Shown in pieces: positions 56,072-64,000 of a DNA stretch of 64,000 nt. The stretch covers positions 372,001 through 436,000 of the forward strand of contig JBODTK010000117.1 of assembly GCA_050613775.1 (NCBI GenBank), written 5' to 3'. The DNA is from Neocallimastix sp. 'constans' (Eukaryota). Both the position numbers and the translations under genes were made by a program. The notes under the pieces were generated by a model. It was not told the DNA's origin. It searched no databases and worked only from the letters and a program-made list of their open reading frames with translations. How positions within the stretch are numbered: position 1 is the stretch's first letter; each line of letters begins with the position of its first letter.

Positions 56072-56345
56072 TCACTCCCAATGAAGTGGACTGGGACTTT
56101 AGTTTTAAATGAGCTACATTTCGATAGTGGGGAACAGAGACAATTAAATGAACTACTTTTCAAAGGTTCATCTGAGTCACCTCCCCAATGATGTGGACTG
56201 TTTTTCCAGGTCCATGGAGGGTTGATGGAAAAGGAATAACCTATATCAGGTGTACTAATTACAGCTTTCTGTGATTCTGATGATAATCGATGGTTATCCT
56301 TTCTAAACCCCAATGAAGTGGACTGTTTTTCCAGGTCCATGGAGG
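56072..56345 (+). repeat. Three copies of a GC-rich motif CCC(C)AATGA[A/T]GTGGACTG(TTTTTCCAGGTCCATGGAGG)
   Basis: Partial copy 56072-56093; 38-bp copies at 56183-56220 and 56308-56345 with one mismatch. Confidence 0.95.
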
Positions 56346-56502
56346 CCCGAGCAGGGGTGTACTCGATTTATGTATTTAAATCGCCTGCAAGGGGAATTAA
56401 CTTTACTCTTATAAAGTAGATCCACAGTACTGGTGCAAAATAGTAGTAAAGTTATATTTTGTGTTAATTAATAACATTATGCGCAATGGTAATGTTATTG
56501 GT

Positions 56503-58265
56503 TTGTGGTGGACTCTTTGCAGATGATATTGTTCTATGCGCACCGTCAAGAACTAAGTTAAAAAAAATGCTTAAGAAGGTAAATGAATGGGCTAAATTTA
56601 ATATGATGAATTTTGGAATTAATAAGTGTGCAACGATGGTGATTCGACCAGACACACCTCTTTTTCAAAATAAAAGAGATCCTACTTTTTATCTTGCTGG
56701 TCAACCAATTCCAATAACTAAATGTTATACCTATTTAGGTATACCATTTGATAAAAGCTTATCGTTGAAACCTATTATTAAATTACTTAACTCTAAAGTA
56801 ACTAAAGCTCTCTTTTCTGTTAGTAAATTTCTTTCAAATTCCAAAATTCCTATTCCATTTAAGAAGATTATAATTAACTCTTATGTACTTAGTAAAGTCT
56901 CTTACTTTGCACCTTTACTTGGTTCGAATAAAACGAGAACAAATAATACTCAGAAATTAATTAATAAAGGATTAAGATGGATTGCAGGTATACAAAAAGC
57001 CAAATCATTTATTAATGTATATTCTATTTCAAAAGATTTACATATTCCTCCATTGTCAGCTAAGTGTGCTTTGTCTCAGGTCAAATGTTTTGATAAATGG
57101 AAAAATTCAAATTGTATTATTTCCTATTTAGTTAATAATATTCCAAAATCTAGAAAATATACATGGACAAAAGAAAGTAGAACTCTTAAACGTAAACTAG
57201 AGAAAAGAGGTAATAACGATAATAAAATCAAGGATTTTTATTGGAAAAGAGATATGAAAATCAATTCTATTAAAGCTGAGTTTTATGACAAAAACAAATT
57301 CGAAGAAACATCAAAATTTATAAAACTTTGTTATGACTATCCTGATCTTTCATATGGTTTCTATTGGCTATTAAGAGCACGAAGCGGATATAGATTAGAT
57401 GCTAGAATTGCTAAAGCTGCAAAAATAGTGGACCAAATGTGTCCTAATTTTTGTCCCTGTTGTAAAAGTAATAAACAATGGATAAGTCATTGGTTAATTG
57501 ATTGTCCCTTTTTCAATCATACTCGTAGTAAAGTTAATGATAAAATTTTATTTTTATATAATGCTTTTTACCGTGGCAACCTAACAAATGATATTGTTAA
57601 TAGTAATAATGATAATAGTAATAGTAATAATAGTAATAGTTATAATAGTAATAATAATATTAGTAATAGTATTTTTAGTAATGTTAGTAATAGTATTGAA
57701 AATAATGTGTATATTGATTCTAGTGTGTGTGAAAAAGTGTTTAATTTCCTTCTTGGAGGTCGAAGTATTAATAACAGTACAAGGGAATGGAAGGATCTAT
57801 TTAAGTGCCAGATGAAATCAGGTGCTTATTCTGATACTCCGTTCTTAGTGGTTACTGCGGCACTTCTCCAATCGATTATACCTATTGCTATTGGCCAGCA
57901 ATGGTCTTTGTTCAATAGGTTCAAATCGAATCGTACTACTACTACCAAGAGCGTCAATGCTGAAGAAACAGTAAGACAGGCCAGCAGGGCTAGCGCAACC
58001 AATGAAGATCATAATTTTGTATCTTAAAATTATGATTAACATTGCGAAGTCAAAGTTAATTATTATACTTCAGTATAATAATGCCCTTGTGAAGTCTTAC
58101 AAATATTAATTAAATGAAACTAGAATATATTATACCATTATTTTATTTTTATTTTGTGTTGTGTTTTATTTTTTGTTTATTTTTTTATCTTTTTTTTTTT
58201 TTATTATTTTATTACATGTATTTTATCAAATATTTAATTAATAAAGATGAAACAAGTTTGCTGCC

Positions 58266-58299
<34 letters not shown>
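56503..58299 (+). mobile_element. 5'-truncated LINE copy with poly(A) tail and 12-bp TSD
   Basis: Starts just before LFADD; nearly identical to 61760-63533; 3' UTR, AATAAA and poly(A); TSD AATGTTATTGGT at 56491-56502 and 58300-58311. Confidence 0.95.
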
Positions 58300-58303
<4 letters not shown>

Positions 58304-58814
58304 TTATTGGTAAAATTTTTCTGGTGAACACTCACTGCGGAATATAATGGTGCTTTTTTGGAACATTGTTAAATAAGTTACACCCAAGAATTAGTAATAC
58401 ATTTTCATTGTATTTCTATTTTCATGTAGTATTACTATTCTCATGTAAGAATCTATTGTATTCAATTGTATTTCAACTTTATATTTCATGTATCACGTTG
58501 TAAGAGATTGATTCACTCTAAATCTTGTAGTAATTTATTTAACTCTTTACTAATTTTGTGCCATTTTATTTCATTAATTCAATCTTAGTCATTAAATACT
58601 TTATGATATTCAATTTAAATAATATACTGAAAAAAGTGCTAAATCAAATTATTTTTCAATCATTCAACAAACTACTAATTATCGAAATTATTTACTCCAA
58701 AAAGATATAAAATTATTACAATTCTCATTATACTCAAGACTTTATAATAAAAATTGACTTTTTTTTATTTTTTTTTTTTTTTTAGTTATTAATTTTTAGT
58801 TTTTTATTACTATT

Positions 58815-61800
58815 ATGGAAATCCAATTTATAAGAAATAAGAATTTCATTCTAAGAGGTTCAAGGTGCCACGGTATACCAATGGAGAATACGAAACTACT
58901 CTTTATCCGCGGACTTCGATCTTGGCCAGAAATCAAAATGAGAAGACATTTAAAGAAAACTCTGAATGAATTAAATGATAAGGTTTTATCAGTTAAACGT
59001 ATTGCTAATTTTAATGATGCATTCTTTAAAATTAAAATAGTAGGTAATGAAGAAGAATTAACATCTATTACTGATTGTATTGTTAATAGTTTCAAACGTG
59101 CTTCAATTAACGTTATTAATTGTAGCAAAAGGAATCATAAATACAGTTTTTCTTCACTCAAAAGGAAACATTTTGCCTTATCAGAAAAAGTGAATTCATC
59201 TTATAATATCAACTTATTCACTACTTCAAATTCAAATGCAGATTCAAGTCAAAATTCAAATTCAAGTTCAAATACAGATTCATGTTCAAGTTCAAGTACA
59301 AGCTCAAGTTCAAGTTCAAGTACAAGTTCAAGTACAAGCTCAAGTTCAAGTTCAAGTACAAGTTTAAGTACAAGTTCAAGTACAGGTTCAAGTTCAAGTT
59401 CAAGTCCAAGTTCAAGTACAATTTCAAGTTCAAGTTCAAGTACAAGTTCAAGTACAAGTTCAAGATCAAGTTCAAGTTCAAGTACAAGTTCAAGTTCAAT
59501 TTCAAATTTATGTTTAAATTCAGTTTCAAGCTCAGATTCAAATTCAAATTTCAGTTCAATCAATTATAATAATTCCAATAATATTAATAACACTCATATT
59601 AATAATAATACAGTTAAAGAATTTTCTCTATGTGTCAGTTGGAATACTAATGGATGGAACTTTGATAAAAAAGACAGTGTTGAATTCTTTATTTCAATGT
59701 ACAAACCACTTTTCTTATGCTTTCAGGAAACAGGAAATGGTTCAGGTTCTAGCAGTAAATATCCATGTCGAGTATCATTAAAAAACTACAAACATTTCTT
59801 CAAAAAAGCTAATAATGAAATTCCCGGTAAAAGAGGTCTTTATATTGGGTTTCATAATTCTTGTCAAGCCTCTCTTGAAAACAACACTTATGAGTATATT
59901 ATTTCCTTGTATACTTATAATTTTTGGAATTTCACTAAATGTTCTATTGGTAATGTGTACGTACCTCATAGTGGCCATAGCCTTCATGCTAGAGCTGCTA
60001 GAATTGAAATATTGTCTTGGTTAAATAGTCACTCTTCTCATCCTTCAACGTTGGTTGGTGATTTTAATTTACCTACTGAGAAATTAAGTAATTTGCTCTC
60101 TAAATTTAGTAATTGGAAAATTCTTCCCTTATGGGGCTCCCCAATTTCATGGAGTAGAGGTAATAGAGAATCTGCTATAGATCATGCGATTGTCAATGAT
60201 CATATGTTAGATTTACTTTCATATGGTACTTTTATTGACTTTCCCCCCATTTCGGATCATAAACCTTTATTAATAAAAGGTAAATGTTTTTCATCAGTTA
60301 ATTCAGATAATTCTTTCTCTCTGCCTAAAAAGACAGTTAAATGGGATAGATTAAAATGTATAAATGAAAAAGAATCAATTTTTGACAACAACTATTTTAG
60401 TGTATTAGAGGAAGTGATTCCAGATCCTAATATTAGTATTGATGATATTTCAAAGAAATTTATTTCAACTTCATTCAATATTGCTAAGGAACTTAATATC
60501 ACGTCAATTTCAGAAGTTCGAAAATCTTTTTTTCATATGTCGCAGAAAATATTTAATTTGCAAAAACTCAAAATGAAATTATATAAATCCATTAAAAGAA
60601 GAGGTTCTTATCATAATTTAGATGAATTTGAAGAATTAATTGATAAATATAATAGAATGTGCAAAATTATTCATCATATGTGTAATATTTATAGGAAAAC
60701 TGAATACCAACATTGGATTAATACAGGATGTGAATATATGAAATCTCATAACCCTAAAAAAGCTTGGAAATGGCTTAAAACAACAGCAAAAGTAGATAAA
60801 TTTAAAAATATGTCAAATTCTCCAGTAAAGGACAAAAATGGTAAACTAGCTACTTCTACTAAAGAACAGTTAGAAGTATGGCACAATCACTATAAAAAAC
60901 TTGCTTCAAGCCATTCTGATATCAATAGTGCATTAATCGAATGGTATAATAAATTTTCCAATGGAACAATTAGGTATACGAGACACAATGAATGGGATAT
61001 AAATCAAGACATCAGTATAGAAGAAATTAGAGAAGCAATTTTGGCTACTCCAAATTTTAAAGCTTCAGGCCCGGATGGAATTCCTATTGAATTTTATAAA
61101 GCTTTAATTCCTCCGGATGACGAAAATTCAGTAAATAATTCTTCTTCTGGTTTAAATTGTTTACAGAAGATATACTCAAGAATTTGGAATGGAGAATTTC
61201 CTAGCTCATGGAATGAAGCAAGTATTATATCTATTCCTAAAAAAGGAGATGATCTATCTGATTGTGATAATTATCGAGGTATCTCTCTGATTAACAATGG
61301 TATTAAACTCATTTCGAAAATAGTCTCCAAAAGAATTTCAGAATATGGACTTAAAAATAATTTTATTAGGCCAGAGCAATTTGGATTTCGTACTAAAGAA
61401 GAATGTGTTAGTTTATTTATTTCAATTCGAGAAATTTGTCAAAGGTGTAAAAATGATAATAAAGAAACTTACCTAGCTTTTCTAGATTTAAAAAAGGCAT
61501 ATGATTCTGTTCCAATAGGTAATATTTTATATAAATTAGATGCTTTAGGTATTAGAGGTAAATGTTATCAATTTATAAAAAATCTATATTTGACATCCAA
61601 AGCTAGTGTTAAAATTGATGATCAATATTCGGAATCTTTTAATATTATGAAAGGAGTTAGACAAGGTTGTCCACTATCACCAATTCTTTTCAATCTTTTT
61701 ATTAATGACATTTTTAATGATGTTTCAGAACTTGGAATTCCTTTAGGCGAATCTAGATGTTGTGGTGGACTCTTTGCAGATGATATTGTTCTATGCGCAC

Positions 61801-63284
61801 CGTCAAGAACTAAGTTGAAAAAAATGCTTAAGAAGGTAAATGAATGGGCTAAATTTAATATGATGAATTTTGGAATTAATAAGTGTGCAACGATGGTGAT
61901 TCGACCAGACACACCTCTTTTTCAAAATAAAAGAGATCCTACTTTTTATCTTGCTGGTCAACCAATTCCAATAACTAAATGTTATACCTATTTAGGTATA
62001 CCATTTGATAAAAGCTTATCGTTGAAACCTATTATTAAATTACTTAACTCTAAAGTAACTAAAGCTCTCTTTTCTGTTAGTAAATTTCTTTCAAATTCCA
62101 AAATTCCTATTCCATTTAAGAAGATTATAATTAACTCTTATGTACTTAGTAAAGTCTCTTACTTTGCACCTTTACTTGGTTCGAATAAAACGAGAACAAA
62201 TAATACTCAGAAATTAATTAATAAAGGATTAAGATGGATTGCAGGTATACAAAAAGCCAAATCATTTATTAATGTATATTCTATTTCAAAAGATTTACAT
62301 ATTCCTCCATTGTCAGCTAAGTGTGCTTTGTCTCAGGTCAAATGTTTTGATAAATGGAAAAATTCAAATTGTATTATTTCCTATTTAGTTAATAATATTC
62401 CAAAATCTAGAAAATATACATGGACAAAAGAAAGTAGAACTCTTAAACGTAAACTAGAGAAAAGAGGTAATAACGATAATAAAATCAAGGATTTTTATTG
62501 GAAAAGAGATATGAAAATCAATTCTATTAAAGCTGAGTTTTATGACAAAAACAAATTCGAAGAAACATCAAAATTTATAAAACTTTGTTATGACTATCCT
62601 GATCTTTCATATGGTTTCTATTGGCTATTGAGAGCACGAAGCGGATATATTTTAGATGCTAGAATTGCTAAAGCTGCAAAAATAGTGGACCAAATGTGTC
62701 CTAATTTTTGTCCCTGTTGTAAAAGTAATAAACAATGGATAAGTCATTGGTTAATTGATTGTCCCTTTTTCAATCATACTCGTAGTAAAGTTAATGATAA
62801 AATTTTATTTTTATATAATGCTTTTTACCGTGGCAACCTAACAAATGATATTGTTAATAGTAATAATGATAATAGTAATAGTAATAATAGTAATAGTTAT
62901 AATAGTAATAATAATATTAGTAATAGTATTTTTAGTAATGTTAGTAATAGTATTGAAAATAATGTGTATATTGATTCTAGTGTGTGTGAAAAAGTGTTTA
63001 ATTTCCTTCTTGGAGGTCGAAGTATTAATAACAGTACAAGGGAATGGAAGGATCTATTTAAGTGCCAGATGAAATCAGGTGCTTATTCTGATACTCCGTT
63101 CTTAGTGGTTACTGCGGCACTTCTCCAATCGATTATACCTATTGCTATTGGCCAGCAATGGTCTTTGTTCAATAGGTTCAAATCGAATCGTACTACTACT
63201 ACCAAGAGCGTCAATGCTGAAGAAACAGTAAGACAGGCCAGCAGGGCTAGCGCAACCAATGAAGATCATAATTTTGTATCTTAA
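58815..63284 (+). CDS. LINE polyprotein, 1489 aa: RRM-like N-terminus, Ser-rich linker, AP endonuclease, reverse transcriptase, CCHC-type zinc knuckle
   Basis: APE motifs SWNTNG, FQET, NVYVP, GDFN, IDH, SDH; RT motifs GPDGIP, YRGISL, QFGFR, FLDLKKAYDSV, GVRQGCPLSP, FADD, YLGI; knuckle CPCC-x8-H-x4-C; no disruptions. Confidence 0.97.
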   Translation: MEIQFIRNKNFILRGSRCHGIPMENTKLLFIRGLRSWPEIKMRRHLKKTLNELNDKVLSVKRIANFNDAFFKIKIVGNEEELTSITDCIVNSFKRASINVINCSKRNHKYSFSSLKRKHFALSEKVNSSYNINLFTTSNSNADSSQNSNSSSNTDSCSSSSTSSSSSSSTSSSTSSSSSSSTSLSTSSSTGSSSSSSPSSSTISSSSSSTSSSTSSRSSSSSSTSSSSISNLCLNSVSSSDSNSNFSSINYNNSNNINNTHINNNTVKEFSLCVSWNTNGWNFDKKDSVEFFISMYKPLFLCFQETGNGSGSSSKYPCRVSLKNYKHFFKKANNEIPGKRGLYIGFHNSCQASLENNTYEYIISLYTYNFWNFTKCSIGNVYVPHSGHSLHARAARIEILSWLNSHSSHPSTLVGDFNLPTEKLSNLLSKFSNWKILPLWGSPISWSRGNRESAIDHAIVNDHMLDLLSYGTFIDFPPISDHKPLLIKGKCFSSVNSDNSFSLPKKTVKWDRLKCINEKESIFDNNYFSVLEEVIPDPNISIDDISKKFISTSFNIAKELNITSISEVRKSFFHMSQKIFNLQKLKMKLYKSIKRRGSYHNLDEFEELIDKYNRMCKIIHHMCNIYRKTEYQHWINTGCEYMKSHNPKKAWKWLKTTAKVDKFKNMSNSPVKDKNGKLATSTKEQLEVWHNHYKKLASSHSDINSALIEWYNKFSNGTIRYTRHNEWDINQDISIEEIREAILATPNFKASGPDGIPIEFYKALIPPDDENSVNNSSSGLNCLQKIYSRIWNGEFPSSWNEASIISIPKKGDDLSDCDNYRGISLINNGIKLISKIVSKRISEYGLKNNFIRPEQFGFRTKEECVSLFISIREICQRCKNDNKETYLAFLDLKKAYDSVPIGNILYKLDALGIRGKCYQFIKNLYLTSKASVKIDDQYSESFNIMKGVRQGCPLSPILFNLFINDIFNDVSELGIPLGESRCCGGLFADDIVLCAPSRTKLKKMLKKVNEWAKFNMMNFGINKCATMVIRPDTPLFQNKRDPTFYLAGQPIPITKCYTYLGIPFDKSLSLKPIIKLLNSKVTKALFSVSKFLSNSKIPIPFKKIIINSYVLSKVSYFAPLLGSNKTRTNNTQKLINKGLRWIAGIQKAKSFINVYSISKDLHIPPLSAKCALSQVKCFDKWKNSNCIISYLVNNIPKSRKYTWTKESRTLKRKLEKRGNNDNKIKDFYWKRDMKINSIKAEFYDKNKFEETSKFIKLCYDYPDLSYGFYWLLRARSGYILDARIAKAAKIVDQMCPNFCPCCKSNKQWISHWLIDCPFFNHTRSKVNDKILFLYNAFYRGNLTNDIVNSNNDNSNSNNSNSYNSNNNISNSIFSNVSNSIENNVYIDSSVCEKVFNFLLGGRSINNSTREWKDLFKCQMKSGAYSDTPFLVVTAALLQSIIPIAIGQQWSLFNRFKSNRTTTTKSVNAEETVRQASRASATNEDHNFVS

Positions 63285-64000
63285 AATTATGATTAACATT
63301 GCGAAGTCAAAGTTAATTATTATACTTCAGTATAATAATGCCCTTGTGAAGTCTTACAAATATTAATTAAATGAAACTAGATTATATTATACCATTATTT
63401 TATTTTTATTTTGTGTTTTATTTTTTGTTTATTTTTTTATCTTTTTTTTTTTATTATTTTATTACATGTATTTTATCAAATATTTAATTAATAAAGATGA
63501 AAAAAGTTTGCTGCCGTTAAAAAAAAAAAAAAAATGGAGGGTTGATGGAAAAGGAATAACCTATATCAGGTGTACTAATTACAGCTTTCTGTGATTCTGA
63601 TGATAATCAATGGTTATCCTTTCTAAAGTGGCTTCTAGTACGAAGAGAGAAATCTGGAATACTGGAAGACTGTAGAAAGTGAACTTGACGTTCTATAATG
63701 TCTTAAACTGGATATGTAGTAACATTGGAGTTGTACAATTAATAATATCATGTAGTTTCTACATATTATCATTGTAATGAATCTATTGTATTTTTTACTT
63801 TAGCATTATTTTGTATATGTTTTTTTCTATAGTATTATTTATACTCTCATGTAGCTATTGTAAAATGGAAATGTAGGAGATTGATTCACTCCAAAGCTTG
63901 TGTTTGAGACATTATTTAATGGATGGGAATCTTTTTATAGTTTTTCACAACTATTATTTCATTAACATTTAAATTTTATATTATATATGATTATTTTACA

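Larger units (their letters stand above)
56308..63533 (+). mobile_element. Apparently full-length non-LTR retrotransposon (5' boundary inferred), containing the truncated copy in its leader
   Basis: Ends GCTGCCGTT-poly(A) at 63519-63534; flanked by a 94-bp direct repeat (56214-56307 and 63534-63627). The 3' end is certain; the 5' end depends on reading that repeat as a TSD. Confidence 0.65.

Noticed and set aside
56081..56280. Two box C/D snoRNAs (ATGA[A/T]GT...CTGA, about 95 nt each) or a SECIS
   Set aside because: Box C imperfect, third copy lacks box D, no convincing rRNA guide and no apical AA for SECIS. Not fully excluded; snoscan or Infernal would settle it.
56277..56307. Hammerhead ribozyme core (CTGATGA followed by a hairpin)
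   Set aside because: No GAAA after the stem and no matching stem III/NUH.
56072..56345. CRISPR-like repeat-spacer array
   Set aside because: Only two full repeats and one partial, spacers about 87-89 bp, eukaryotic context and no cas genes; nested element ends explain it better.
56486..56502. ATG start of the 513-aa ORF as a real gene start
   Set aside because: It comes from target/TSD sequence fortuitously in frame with the truncated LINE.
58755..58800. Splice-acceptor-like poly(T)-TAG before the LINE ORF
   Set aside because: No clear donor or upstream exon; T-runs are ubiquitous here.

Overview
Eukaryotic, extremely AT-rich genomic DNA with short AT-rich spliceosomal introns. Composition, intron style and a fungal/animal-type EF1A suggest an anaerobic gut fungus (Neocallimastigomycota); this is inference. 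Seven host genes can be read: an SH3-WW-RasGEF (Cdc25-like), a 1934-aa PH-domain protein, PEX13, SDS22 (with an apparent GC-AG intron), a stand-alone COASY-type dephospho-CoA kinase, a YhgE/Pip/SNG1-like membrane protein and EF1A. There is also a decayed Ty1/copia element ending in a perfect 44-bp palindrome, a compound satellite and LINE relics. The most unusual region lies just downstream of EF1A (about 55.95-64 kb): a same-strand nest of one LINE family. It holds an intact single-ORF element (RRM-like, Ser linker, APE, RT, CCHC) bracketed by a 94-bp direct repeat that behaves like a giant target-site duplication, and a near-identical 5'-truncated copy with a 12-bp TSD inside the intact element's apparent leader. 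A GC-rich, hairpin-rich motif (CCCCAATGA[A/T]GTGGACTG...) recurs three times at the apparent element starts, suggesting a LINE that inserts into structured leaders of its own family.
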